Part shown: one piece after another, positions 1-10,800 of the stretch | Layout: the number at the start of each line of letters is the position of its first letter | Position numbering within the stretch: the first letter of the stretch is position 1 | Source: a virus | Taxonomy: Duplodnaviria; Caudoviricetes | Length of the DNA: 62,136 bases | IMG/VR virus record: IMGVR_UViG_3300036985_002914 | Span: 1 to 62,136 of that record | Strand: one strand, 5' to 3' | Notes under the pieces: model-generated | Told to the model about the DNA's origin: nothing | The model's input: only the letters and a program-made list of their open reading frames with translations | Database searches by the model: none | Position numbers and translations under genes: made by a program

Positions 1-127
1 AGTTATACTAATTATCAAATTATTGCTGCTAATGTTGTATCAAGCGTTTCTAATACAATATTACAATGCCAATTTTCTACAGACAATGGTGTTAGTTTTG
101 ATTCTACAGCGGGAAATTATCATTGGG
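1..127. repeat. Terminal 127-bp overlap identical to 62010-62136 (circular assembly overlap)
   Basis: agttatacta...cattggg is identical at both ends; an ORF reads through the join in frame; 127 is a common assembler k-mer. Confidence 0.95.
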
Positions 128-459
128 AATATTCAACAATGCTTGGCGCTGCCACCCCATCAGTAAGCTATCAAGGGGGTATAACAAGTCAAACAGAAAT
201 GCGGCTTTTAGGAATGGGTATAAACACAGCAAATGCAGGTGGAACAAATTTTGTTTCTAATATCCCAAATCCATTAAATGCGTCATTTACAAGCGTATAT
301 TTAATTGGAAACTCTACAAGAACAGGCGCAACACAACAACAATTTTATAACGCACTAGGTACAAGAATTGTTACTACGGGCGTAGTAAATGCTATTAGAT
401 TTTTTCCAAATAGCGGGACTTTTACATCCGGCAGTTTTAAACTTTATGGGATCAGCTAA
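1..459 (+). CDS. 3' part of a tail fibre/adhesin-like protein starting at 61791 (225 aa across the origin)
   Basis: Frame continues from ATG 61791 through the overlap; C-terminus FTSGSFKLYGIS resembles the end of 60871-61620 (GTVALYGMAKS). Confidence 0.8.
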   Translation, partial: SYTNYQIIAANVVSSVSNTILQCQFSTDNGVSFDSTAGNYHWEYSTMLGAATPSVSYQGGITSQTEMRLLGMGINTANAGGTNFVSNIPNPLNASFTSVYLIGNSTRTGATQQQFYNALGTRIVTTGVVNAIRFFPNSGTFTSGSFKLYGIS

Positions 460-461
460 TC

Positions 462-638
462 ATGCACACACACAAATTAGTTGACGGCATTCGTGTTGAA
501 TTAACTCAACAAGAAATTGCAGAGCTTGAGGCTAGAGATGCTGCCTACGCTCCTCCTACCCCAGCACCCGCCCCGACAAAAGAACAACTGATGGCGCAAC
601 TAGCTGCGTTATCTGCACAAATACAAGCACTGGAGTAA
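462..638 (+). CDS. Small tail-fibre-associated (chaperone-like) protein, 58 aa
   Basis: Not in ORF track; MHTHKLVDGIRVELTQQE...PPTPAPAPTKEQLMAQLAALSAQIQALE; paralog of 61617-61787. Confidence 0.8.
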   Translation: MHTHKLVDGIRVELTQQEIAELEARDAAYAPPTPAPAPTKEQLMAQLAALSAQIQALE

Positions 639-641
639 GAC

Positions 642-1391
642 ATGGCTACGATTATTAATGCGGATACAGCTACTGGCGGCGCGATCATTACAGGCGACGG
701 GTCTGGGGTTTTGGCGTTGCAAGCAGCGGGGGTTACTAAACTTACCGTAGCTGCTGCCGGGGTAACCATACCTACGTTGATAGGGGCAAACGTCAACCTT
801 ACTTCTAACGTCACAGGCACCCTTCCTGTTGCTAATGGCGGTACTGGCGCAACAACCTTAACAGGCGTAATCAAAGGTACGGGCACATCGGCTATTACTG
901 CGGCGACAGCCGGTACTGACTATGTTGCTCCGGGAACTGCGACTACGTTTACTGCACCACAAACTTTTAGTGGAACAGCAAGTAACTTGGCAATGGTAAT
1001 TAGCGATGCCGCAGAAGTAACAACTGTTTCGGCTACGGCAGCTACAGGCATTATTAATTATGATGTAACTACGCAAAGTGTTTTGTATTACACCACTAAT
1101 GCCTCGGGGAACTTTACAGTAAATGTTAGAGGGTCTTCTGGAACAACTTTTAACACGCTTACTGCCGTTGGCCAGTCCGTTACTATTGCATTTTTAGTTA
1201 CGCAAGGCGCGACTGCTTATTATGCTTCTGCTTTTACTGTAGACAGCGTAGCGGTTACGCCAAAATGGCAAGGTGGAACGGCTCCTGCTGCCGGTAATGC
1301 CAGCAGTATTGACGTATATTCATATACGATTGTAAAGACCGCAGCGACTCCGACATATACAGTTTTTGCCTCGCAAACTAAATTTGCGTAA
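642..1391 (+). CDS. Tail fibre-related structural protein
   Basis: Thr/Ala/Gly-rich; GTLPVANGGTGATT fibre repeat; located in tail cluster. Confidence 0.7.
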   Translation: MATIINADTATGGAIITGDGSGVLALQAAGVTKLTVAAAGVTIPTLIGANVNLTSNVTGTLPVANGGTGATTLTGVIKGTGTSAITAATAGTDYVAPGTATTFTAPQTFSGTASNLAMVISDAAEVTTVSATAATGIINYDVTTQSVLYYTTNASGNFTVNVRGSSGTTFNTLTAVGQSVTIAFLVTQGATAYYASAFTVDSVAVTPKWQGGTAPAAGNASSIDVYSYTIVKTAATPTYTVFASQTKFA

Positions 1392-1403
1392 GGAAGAAAT
1401 ACA

Positions 1404-2735
1404 ATGCCATTAATAGGAACAAGGGGCGCAGCTTCTGCAAAAGGATTTGGTTTCTTAGCATCCGTCGGCAGCAAAGGCTGGATTGGCATACTCGGGTCAA
1501 CTAATCTTGGGTTAAATGATTTTGGACAAGGAATAGCAGTTGATTCCAATGGGAACATGTATTTTGTTGGAACAATTAGAAGCTTGGCGGCAAATCAAGA
1601 AATTGGATTAGTAAAATATAATTCGTCTGGCGTTATTCAATGGCAGCGTAGCCTTGGTTCAACAAGCAATGATTACGGGTACGGCATACAAGTAGACTCT
1701 TCTGGGAATGTGTATATAGGGGGCTATTACTTTCAAAGCAGCAATGAATTTTTAATCGCTAAATACAATACGTCAGGCGTTATCCAGTGGCAAGTAAACT
1801 TTGGATTAGGTTCATATTCTGATTATTGTTATGGGCTGGCTATTGACGCTTCTGCCAATGTATATGTTGTTGGTTCCAGTGATGCCTCTGGGGTTTCTAC
1901 GGACATACAACTTGCAAAATTTAGTACCAATGGTGTTTTGCAGTGGCAAAGAAATTTAGGACAATCGGGGACTATTACTATTGGCTACAGCATTGCGGTA
2001 GATTCTTCGGCTAATGTTTATGTTGCTGGAAAAAGTAATGCTTCGGGGAATGCCTTCCAATTTGCAAAATACAACACTTCCGGCACTATTCAATGGCAAC
2101 GACGTTTAGGTAGCGCGGGGGCAAGTACCGCTTACGGGGTAGCAGTAGATTCCTCTGCTAACGTATACATAGTTGGCGCAGATAATAACGGCGGAGCAAA
2201 TGAGGATTTTTTAATCGCCAAATACAACACTTCTGGCACTATCCAATGGCAGCGTAGGTTGGGTAGCGCGTCAATTGATATTGCTTACGGGGTAGCGGTA
2301 GATTCGGCAGCTAATGTATATGTAGTTGGCACTAGCAATGTTGGTGGAACCTACGATATGCAAATAGCTAAATACGACACTTCCGGCACTATTCAATGGC
2401 AACGAAGGCTTTACAGCACCAGTATTGATAAGGGGTTTGGAATTGCTGTGGATGCCACAAGCATATACGTAATAGGGCAAACTGAAATTAGGAGTCCTGC
2501 GTCTAATGTTTATGATTTTCTCTTTGCTAAATTGCCTACAGACGGCTCGGCTACCGGAACATATTCTGTTGGCGGGAATTCCATTACATACGCAACCACA
2601 ACATTAACAGCGGCCACATCAACTTTAACGGCGGCAACATCGTCACTAAGTGCAGGCAGTTCTTCTTTGGGAACATCAGCAAGTGGGTTAACAGGCGCGG
2701 CAACATCACTGACTTCAACTGTTACGCAGCTATAG
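1404..2735 (+). CDS. Beta-propeller (SBBP-like repeat) protein, putative receptor-binding/tail protein
   Basis: About 6-7 repeats of YGxAVDSSANVYVVG...IAKYNTSGTIQWQRRLG. Confidence 0.75.
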   Translation: MPLIGTRGAASAKGFGFLASVGSKGWIGILGSTNLGLNDFGQGIAVDSNGNMYFVGTIRSLAANQEIGLVKYNSSGVIQWQRSLGSTSNDYGYGIQVDSSGNVYIGGYYFQSSNEFLIAKYNTSGVIQWQVNFGLGSYSDYCYGLAIDASANVYVVGSSDASGVSTDIQLAKFSTNGVLQWQRNLGQSGTITIGYSIAVDSSANVYVAGKSNASGNAFQFAKYNTSGTIQWQRRLGSAGASTAYGVAVDSSANVYIVGADNNGGANEDFLIAKYNTSGTIQWQRRLGSASIDIAYGVAVDSAANVYVVGTSNVGGTYDMQIAKYDTSGTIQWQRRLYSTSIDKGFGIAVDATSIYVIGQTEIRSPASNVYDFLFAKLPTDGSATGTYSVGGNSITYATTTLTAATSTLTAATSSLSAGSSSLGTSASGLTGAATSLTSTVTQL

Positions 2736-2756
2736 TTTTATTTGGAATAAAAATGT

Positions 2757-3290
2757 ATGGACCCAATAACAATCGGTGCGGCATTTGCAGTAGCCAAAGC
2801 GGCAGTTGCTGGCGTAAAAGAGGCAATCGCCCTCGGAAAAGAAGTGCAGGAGTGCTACCACGACATTAGTGCGTTCTTTGTAGCGCAGGGTGAGATTCAG
2901 GCTGCTGTAGTCCAGCAAGAGCATGACAAGAAGTTAGGCAAGACGGTACAGAAAGACGCTACTGCCGAGGCGCTCGATGCGATGTTTGCGTCGCGCCAGA
3001 TGTTTAAGATGGAAGTAGAACTACGTGAAGCTCTGATCTACGGCTCGGGTAACGAATCGGGCTTGTACGAAGAGATGTGCCAGCGCCGCGACCAGATTAT
3101 CCAAGAACGGCGGGACGCGATTGAAGAAGAAGCTAGGCTGGAGCGTATGCGCCTGCGCGAGATTGAGCGCAAGAAGGAGCAGCGGATTCAGGATATCCAA
3201 GAGTGGCTGGCGGTAGTTTTTGGGGTGGCGATCAGTAGTTTTATCATGTACGCAATATGGTGGATGTTTAAACACGGGAACGACGAATAA
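2757..3290 (+). CDS. Membrane-anchored coiled-coil protein in lysis cluster
   Basis: C-terminal hydrophobic helix WLAVVFGVAISSFIMYAIWW; directly upstream of holin and endolysin. Confidence 0.6.
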   Translation: MDPITIGAAFAVAKAAVAGVKEAIALGKEVQECYHDISAFFVAQGEIQAAVVQQEHDKKLGKTVQKDATAEALDAMFASRQMFKMEVELREALIYGSGNESGLYEEMCQRRDQIIQERRDAIEEEARLERMRLREIERKKEQRIQDIQEWLAVVFGVAISSFIMYAIWWMFKHGNDE

Positions 3291-3805
3291 TGCTGACATT
3301 ACTTTCTACGCTGATAAGTTTCCTGATGGGCGGCTTGCCTAAGATTCTGGACTTTTTTCAAGATCGGGCAGATAAGGGCCATGAGCTAAAGTTAGCAGCC
3401 ATGCAAACTGAGCGTGAGCTACAACTGGCTGCGGCAGGCTATGCAGGGCAGGCAAAAGTAGAAGAAATCAAGCTCGATGAGATCAAAACCCAATCTTCTG
3501 CGGACACGCAGCAGGCACTAATCGGTGCCCAGCAGGCTGAAATGCAGGCAATTTATGCGCATGATGCGAGCCTAAATGAGGGAACAAGCGTCTGGATGAA
3601 GAACCTTCGCGCAGGCGTGCGACCCATTATTACCTTCGGTTTCTTCTTCCTGCTTGTGGCCATTGACGTAGGCCTGTATATCCACGGAATTAACAATAAT
3701 GTATCGTTTAACATCCTTGCTGATCAGCTTTGGGATGACGAGACACAAGCCCTGTTTGCCTCAATAATTGCATTCCATTTCGGTGGACGGGCCTTTGGAA
3801 AATGA
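3290..3805 (+). CDS. Putative holin
   Basis: Several TM segments; C-terminal VRPIIT...IIAFHFGGR pattern of 3TM-type holins; precedes lysozyme. Confidence 0.65.
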   Translation: MLTLLSTLISFLMGGLPKILDFFQDRADKGHELKLAAMQTERELQLAAAGYAGQAKVEEIKLDEIKTQSSADTQQALIGAQQAEMQAIYAHDASLNEGTSVWMKNLRAGVRPIITFGFFFLLVAIDVGLYIHGINNNVSFNILADQLWDDETQALFASIIAFHFGGRAFGK

Positions 3806-4281
3806 TCGTCAGCCCACAATGCTTGAAAATGATTCAGCACCACGAGGGAATCAGGCTTCGTCCTTATCGTTGCCCCGCACTTTTGTGGACATGCCTTGTT
3901 GGGCATGTGTGCGATCCGAACCACGCCAGAGTTCCGTTGGAGCAGAGAAAGTCCCTGCCGATACCGGAAGGTTGGAATAGACAATTTACAATACAAGAAG
4001 CAGATGCCATACTTGCTAAAGATCTTGAGCGTTTTATCCGAGGCGTATCCAAGTATTGTCCTATTATTACTTCTCAAGGGCAGCTTGATGCATTGGTTAG
4101 CTTCAGTTTCAACCTAGGATTAGGTACGTTACAACGAAGCACGCTTAGACAGAAGCACAATCGCGGGGACTATCAAGGTGCCGCGCAAGAATTCTTAAAG
4201 TACACCAAAGCTGGTGGAAAAGTTCTAAAAGGTCTGGTCAATCGACGGAACGACGAACGCGCACTGTACCTAAGTAGGTGA
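3802..4281 (+). CDS. Endolysin, GH24 phage lysozyme
   Basis: HEGIRLRPYRCPALLWT catalytic E-x8-C/D-x5-T; QLDALVSFSFNLG; GLVNRRNDER. Confidence 0.92.
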   Translation: MIVSPQCLKMIQHHEGIRLRPYRCPALLWTCLVGHVCDPNHARVPLEQRKSLPIPEGWNRQFTIQEADAILAKDLERFIRGVSKYCPIITSQGQLDALVSFSFNLGLGTLQRSTLRQKHNRGDYQGAAQEFLKYTKAGGKVLKGLVNRRNDERALYLSR

Positions 4282-4284
4282 AAA

Positions 4285-6381
4285 ATGCCATTATCGAAAA
4301 TAGTATTTAAGCCCGGGGTTAACCGCGAGAACACGCGGTACACCACGGAAGGCGGTTGGTATGAGTGTGACAAGGTACGTTTTCGCCAAGGTAATCCTGA
4401 AAAGATTGGTGGTTGGACTCCCTATAGCTCAGATACTTTCCTTGGAATTTGCCGTGCGCTATGGAATTGGTTTACGTTGGCGGGGGAAAACCTTGTTGGT
4501 ACTGGAACCAATTTAAAGTACTACATCAATCAAGGCAGTACGTTCTACGACATCACCCCTATTCGCAAGACAGTCGTGCTGACCGATCCGTTTATCGCGT
4601 TTGACGGCTCAGATGTTTTGGTGGTGTACGAAGTAAATCACGGTTGCGTAACCGGAGATTTTGTCACGTACAGCGGTGCGGGGATCGTGGGCCTTGGTGG
4701 GAATATCACGGCGGGCGTTCTGACAGGCACCTTCCAAGTGGATGTAATTGATGACGATAACTATCGTATTACTGTCTCTGCTTTAGCCAATGCGACTGAT
4801 GTGTCCGGTTCTCCCGGCGGCGGTTCAGTAGTCACGCAATATGAAACCAATACAGGACCCTCTTATCAAGTACCGTTAACAGGTTGGGGCTCTGGTGCGT
4901 GGGGGTTAGGCACATGGGGAATTGGTCAACCTGTTTCTGGCTCTATGCAGTTATGGAGCAATTACAACTTCGGTGAAGATTTGGTTTACGGCCCTCGCGG
5001 CGCGGGTATTTATTACTGGAATGCCAGTGTGGGTTTAAATCCCATTCAGATGACAATCAGTATTGCTTCTCCGGGCGTTATTACTCTTCCTATTGATTTT
5101 ACTATTGTCGATGGTACGGCTATTTCATTGACATCAACAGGCGCATTGCCTACGGGATTGACGGTGGGGACAACGTACTTTGTTGTCAATTCCACGGGTA
5201 ATACATTTGAGTTGTCCGCCACGTTGGGCGGGGCATCTATCACTACATCTGGCACACAGTCTGGGCTGCAGTATGTATCGCAGCGCGGTATTAATTTGGC
5301 CAGTGTAGGCGACGCTAGTACCCCGATTTATCAGAATGCATTAATCGTTTCTGACGCTTCGCGGTTCATTATTATATTTGGTACTAACGACTATGGCTCC
5401 ACGATTCTTGATCCGATGTTGATTCGTTGGTCAGACCAAGAAAACCCCTACGTGTGGGCTCCTGCTGCTACGAATCAGGCAGGTAGTATTCGTTTATCCC
5501 ATGGGTCTGAGATTGTAACGGCCATACAAACTCGCCAAGAGATTGTAGTTTTTACTGACCAATCAGTCTATTCCATGCAGTATTTAGGACCTCCGTATGT
5601 ATGGCGGACGGAACTGCTTGGTGATAACACTTCCATCATGGGGCCCAATGCTGTTGCTTTGGCCTCTGGTGTGCTGTTCTGGATGGGGGTGGATAAGTTC
5701 TACTTATACGATGGTCGCGTGCAGACATTGAGTTGCGATTTGCGCCGCTATGTCTTCCAAGATTTGAATATTCTTCAACGCCAGCAGGTATATGCAGGCA
5801 CTAACGAAGGGTTTAATGAAATCTGGTGGTTCTATTGTTCTAAAGATAGCTTGGTAAGTGACCGCTACGTGGTCTATAACTATCTTGAAAAATCATGGTA
5901 CTACGGCACAATGGGTCGTACTGCATGGTTGGATTCAGGCTTGTTATCCTATCCTATTGCGGCTACGTACAACAATCTGTTAGTGAACCACGAAGATGGC
6001 ATCGATGACCTCGAAACGGGGTCCGCGACACCTATTAATGCGTACATCAGTTCTTCAGAGTTTGATATCGGTGAAGGCCATAATTTTGGCTTTGTGTGGC
6101 GCGTACTTCCTGACCTTACCTTCTCTGGCTCTACAGCAGATGCAGCACAGGTTACGATGACTTTGTATCCTTTACAGAACTCTGGTTCGGGCGCGGGAAC
6201 CTCGGCCAGCGGTGCGGTAACCAAGTCCACTAGCTACAACATCACGGAAGAGTTTACTGGCCAGATATACACGCGGGTGCGTGGTCGTCAGATGATCTTC
6301 AAGATTGAGTCCGTGGACCTCGGTACGACATGGCAGATTGGCGCACCGCGGATCGATATCAGAGCGGATGGGCGTAGATGA
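4285..6381 (+). CDS. Tail stabilisation / tail tubular protein B-like (P22 gp10-like)
   Basis: IRWSDQEN, FNEIWWFY, RVRGRQ motifs; size and position before internal virion proteins. Confidence 0.7.
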   Translation: MPLSKIVFKPGVNRENTRYTTEGGWYECDKVRFRQGNPEKIGGWTPYSSDTFLGICRALWNWFTLAGENLVGTGTNLKYYINQGSTFYDITPIRKTVVLTDPFIAFDGSDVLVVYEVNHGCVTGDFVTYSGAGIVGLGGNITAGVLTGTFQVDVIDDDNYRITVSALANATDVSGSPGGGSVVTQYETNTGPSYQVPLTGWGSGAWGLGTWGIGQPVSGSMQLWSNYNFGEDLVYGPRGAGIYYWNASVGLNPIQMTISIASPGVITLPIDFTIVDGTAISLTSTGALPTGLTVGTTYFVVNSTGNTFELSATLGGASITTSGTQSGLQYVSQRGINLASVGDASTPIYQNALIVSDASRFIIIFGTNDYGSTILDPMLIRWSDQENPYVWAPAATNQAGSIRLSHGSEIVTAIQTRQEIVVFTDQSVYSMQYLGPPYVWRTELLGDNTSIMGPNAVALASGVLFWMGVDKFYLYDGRVQTLSCDLRRYVFQDLNILQRQQVYAGTNEGFNEIWWFYCSKDSLVSDRYVVYNYLEKSWYYGTMGRTAWLDSGLLSYPIAATYNNLLVNHEDGIDDLETGSATPINAYISSSEFDIGEGHNFGFVWRVLPDLTFSGSTADAAQVTMTLYPLQNSGSGAGTSASGAVTKSTSYNITEEFTGQIYTRVRGRQMIFKIESVDLGTTWQIGAPRIDIRADGRR

Positions 6382-7766
6382 CAACTCAGATCATTACAAC
6401 GGAATCGCTGGAGCTTACGCGCACGCGTGCTCCGGCTTTGCCTTTTGCACCTACTGACTATGATCGGGAATATCACAATCAGTACAACAGCATTCTACGG
6501 CTGTACTTTAACCAGATTGATAATCTAATAGGTCAACTTATGGCGAGCACTTCTTCTTTGCCTATTACATTTCCAGACAATGCATTAGACGCATTTGGTC
6601 GGCTAGTTACAGTTACGCCGTATACCTTGTTTGATAGCCAGAACCGGTTTGCTGCGGATAATCAGTTTGATACGGCTGTAACAGGAGGGGGATCGACCAC
6701 CTACCTGTCTAATGAATCTACAGTTAGGCTGGATGTTGGCACAGCTAGTGGTGACGAAGTAGTACGGCAGACGTTTCGTAACTTCCCGTATCAGCCGGGT
6801 AAAGGTTTATCCTTTTTTGCTACGTTTGTCATGAATGCGGCCAAGGCTAACCTACGTCAACGCGTCGGTTATTTTAATGTTAGTAATGGCGTATTTTTAC
6901 AGCAAAATAACTCTACTGTATCTTTTGTTCTGCGGTCTAATTCGTTACCTACCCCCGGAACACCTAGCGATATCCGCACAGTAGACCAAGCCGATTGGAA
7001 TGTAGATCCCTTGGACGGTACGGGACCTAGTGGGCGGGTATTAGATGTAACTAAGAGCCAAATTCTGTATATGGATTTTGAGTGGCTAGGCGTAGGGGAT
7101 GTCCGTTGCGGGTTTGTAATAGATGGGCAAGTTCAGATATGCCATATTTTTCATAACGACAATATACAGACGGCTGTGTACATGACCACAGCTATCCTTC
7201 CTGTCCGATATGAAATCACCAATACGGCGGGGACGGCAACTGCTTCTAACCTAAAACAGGTATGTTCTTCTGTCCTGAGCATGGGCGGATATGAGCAAAC
7301 ATCCAGCGAGCACGTAGCGCGGCGCACGACAAAACTTACTGGCTTTAGTACGACATTTGTTCCGCTTATCTCCGTGCGCCTTGCCTCAGGCAGAGAAGGG
7401 GCAGTTGCACTGGTAAATCGTGGCCAAGTTATGCCCACTGTTACGCAGTACTACGAGGTGGTGTTATTTAAGAATGCTACGCTAACCGGTGCTTCGTGGA
7501 CGGCGCTCCCTTCTGATTCTAATATGGAGTACGACCAGACAGCAACAGCCGTAACAGGCGGGGAAATTATGACGCAGGATTACACGTCTTCCACTAGCCA
7601 AAGTCGAAGCACGGCAGACGTATCTACTGGATATAACTGGGATCTGCAATTAGGGGCCAGCATTGCAGGCGTTAGTGATGTGTTTACTTTGGCTATTCGG
7701 ACCTTGGATGCCACTCCTACAGGCGACGCATGGGGTTCAATAAGCTTGTATGACTTGACGCAATAA
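6378..7766 (+). CDS. Virion structural protein (short N-terminal adaptor fused to a DAFGRL-type beta domain)
   Basis: LRLYFNQID N-terminus; DAFGRL...YQPGKG...EWLGVG phage module. Confidence 0.6.
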   Translation: MTTQIITTESLELTRTRAPALPFAPTDYDREYHNQYNSILRLYFNQIDNLIGQLMASTSSLPITFPDNALDAFGRLVTVTPYTLFDSQNRFAADNQFDTAVTGGGSTTYLSNESTVRLDVGTASGDEVVRQTFRNFPYQPGKGLSFFATFVMNAAKANLRQRVGYFNVSNGVFLQQNNSTVSFVLRSNSLPTPGTPSDIRTVDQADWNVDPLDGTGPSGRVLDVTKSQILYMDFEWLGVGDVRCGFVIDGQVQICHIFHNDNIQTAVYMTTAILPVRYEITNTAGTATASNLKQVCSSVLSMGGYEQTSSEHVARRTTKLTGFSTTFVPLISVRLASGREGAVALVNRGQVMPTVTQYYEVVLFKNATLTGASWTALPSDSNMEYDQTATAVTGGEIMTQDYTSSTSQSRSTADVSTGYNWDLQLGASIAGVSDVFTLAIRTLDATPTGDAWGSISLYDLTQ

Positions 7767-7833
7767 GCTGGAAAAATAAGCCCCAAACTGATACGATTTG
7801 TCAATTATTTAGGCTGATTAGCCGGAGAACAAA

Positions 7834-10800
7834 ATGGCACAACCACCCGAAGGCATTATGGCTCTCCCTAACGAGCCGCAAGCCGCTGAAAGACCTCCAT
7901 TAACGCTGACTGATTCGTACGACGTTGCGCGGACCTCGCTGCAAAATGCCCAGCCGGAAGCCGCAGCACAGTTGCAGCAAATCATGGCGCAGTTGATGCC
8001 AATGCTAGATCAGTTATCTGATACGCAATTAGACCAACTTCTCCAGCTTGTTCAGTACCTACAGGACAACGAAGAGCAATATCCTGAAATCCGTAAAAAG
8101 CTTATTGCAGAAGGCATGGGCGAAGAAGATCTTCCCCCTGAATATGATCCTGAATACTTTGCAGCTATTGGTACCGTTGTTCTTGAAGCAATTCGTGTAC
8201 GCAGCGCGGCTGCTGGTACGCCTCCCCAGCAGTTTGCCCGTGGCGGTATTGCGCAAGCTGCGCATATGCTGGCATCTAAAGGTCGTGGACAAGATACCCA
8301 ATTAGCGCACATTACTCCTGCCGAAGCGCGCATGCTCCGCAAAAAAGGCGGTGTAGGAACGATTAATCCAGATACTGGCCTTCCTGAGTTTGGTCTTTGG
8401 GGATCAATTGTAGGTGCCGTTAAAAGTACGTGGAAGGCAGTAACGGGGGCAGTTAAAAGCATATTGAAAAGTCCAGTTGGCCGATTCCTGAGTACGGTTG
8501 CCCTGTCCACTTTTATTGGTTACCCCGCAGCTTCTGCGGTGATTTCTTTGGCTTCAGGGGAGAACCTAAAAACGGCATTGATTAGTGCAGGCACCGCATG
8601 GTTGGCTGGTCCTACTAGTCCGTTGTCAGGTGTGGCGACTAAAGCAGCATCCGCTATTCTTCCACAAGCTGCAAATGCGGCAGTACGCCAAGGCTTGGCC
8701 TCCACAATTGTAGGCACCGGCATAGGTTTAGCTACAGGCAAGAGTTTGTCTGATTCGGTTAAATCAGGATTGACTACCGCCGCGTTGAGCTACGGCGCAC
8801 AGCAAGCGCAAAATGCTTTCCCTAGCCCAATGAAATCGCTAGGCCTGAAAACAGATGTCACGGGTAGAGAGATGCGCGGAGAAGGTCCGGTACCTATTGA
8901 GGATCGACTCCCTCCTCCTAAGGTATTTGGCCAACCAGATATGGCGGCCCTTAGTGGCACGCCTCCCACACGCCCTACCTTCACCGGTATGGCTGGGACT
9001 CCCCCTCCTGCATCCTTGCCCGGAGTGACTGCACAAGCTCCTGCCTTTGCCACACAAGGTCCGTCAACCGCGGCTGGCGGACCAATGGCCGATACCATTC
9101 CCCGTATTGGCGAGACAAGTTACCAAACAGCCGGTGCCGGTGCAGGGATCAGGGCGATTGAAACGCCTGCTATTTCTGGCACTAGTACGGGTGCTGGATT
9201 ACGTCCCCCGGCTAACGCCCTTGGAGTTTCAGATTTAAGCGCAGGAACGTCAGCCTTTCCGCGGATTCAGCAAATAAGTGCAGCTACTCCTACCCCTTCT
9301 GGCGGTATTCCTGATATCCGCACCGCGGCAGGTGAGATGTATCAAGGGATGAAAGATTTAGATTACGAGAAATTCAGCAAAGGTGCGGGCGATTTGTTTA
9401 TGCCGGGTACACCTAGTTCTTCTTCTATTACAGGATCTCAACAATTTAAAGATTTGACATCTCAGGGTATTTCTGCGGACAAAGCCTATACGATGGTTGA
9501 AAAGAGCATGACTCCGGGCATGCTGCGCACTTACGGCCCCGGCGTAGCTGCTGGCCTTGGTGTTATGGGCCTAACGGGTGGCTTTAACCAAGACAACCCT
9601 CAAGTGGATTTAGACAAGTTCTGGGGGCCGTCGTCCGCGGACCTGATGAAAGCTAATCCTAGAAAATATTACATCCAGAACATCCCCGGCGTAACCTACA
9701 GCCAACAAGGTGCGGTTGTTCCTCGGGGCTATGAGGATGGTGGTACGGTTACCCCTGATCCGCTTGATCCAAAGAATTTTATGGTGGGCACAGAGTACGC
9801 TTCCCCTCAATTTACGATGGATGATATCCGTGTAGCTACACCTACTCTTGAGCAAAGAGAAGCGGAGATGGCTAACTACACCCCTGTCACGTCTACGATG
9901 ACAGCCACTACCGAGCCGGGAATCAATAACCCTGCTTATCAAAACATCTCCAAGATGTACCAAGACGTGTTGGGTCGCGCCCCCGACGCAGAAGGCATGA
10001 AATATTGGATGAGCACCATTGGCGCAGATCGGTCCATCTCTCCTGAAGATAAAGCGGCGTGGATGAACGCCGCGCAGCCCGAAGTAATGAAGGACCCTAA
10101 TCGTTGGTTAAAACAATCTTACCAAGATATATTAGGTAGGGCCCCTGACGAAGCAGGTTTAAAGTATTGGATGGATACCATTGGCGCAGACAAGTCTATT
10201 TCCCCAGAGGAAAGAGATCAATGGCTGGCTGAAGCGTATAAAGAAAAACCTCCTGTTTCTGTAGCAGATAAAGGATACGAGCCTTCTGAAAGCTATGATG
10301 AATACATGGCTCGCATTAGTGCAGAGAAGGAAAGGCAGCGTTTATTAAAGCTCAAGTATCCAGATCTATCTCTCCCTCGGGAATCTTCTGAAACCGAGGA
10401 TGAGTACATGGCCCGCATTAATGCAAAAGGGACGGGAACTGCTCCTTTTGCGGTGGCTGAAAAAGATTTAGCTGGGCTAAATATGGGCCCGCAGGGCATT
10501 GGAAAACTGGCACCTCCTGTTGGTTTTGATCCATCAAGAACCAAATCTACTGTAACTGGCGGTATTGCAGATATTCCTACAGGCCAACAAATCGGATTAA
10601 CGGACGCTCCGGGATACATGGGAAGAGGTACGCAGCCCATTCCTACTTCGGCAGGCATGGGGGGATTTAATGCCGCTAATTACACAAGCACTACAGGGGA
10701 ACCCATTCCTTGGTACTCTCAAGCAGCTAACGTAGCTCTTCCTGATGCAGGGAAAGCACGGGCCGCGGCAGGAGTAACTAGCGCAGCGGCTATTCCTTCC

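Noticed and set aside
1620-2410. Repeated aaatacaacacttc.ggcactat.caatggca DNA units
   Set aside because: Explained by beta-propeller blade repeats in the protein
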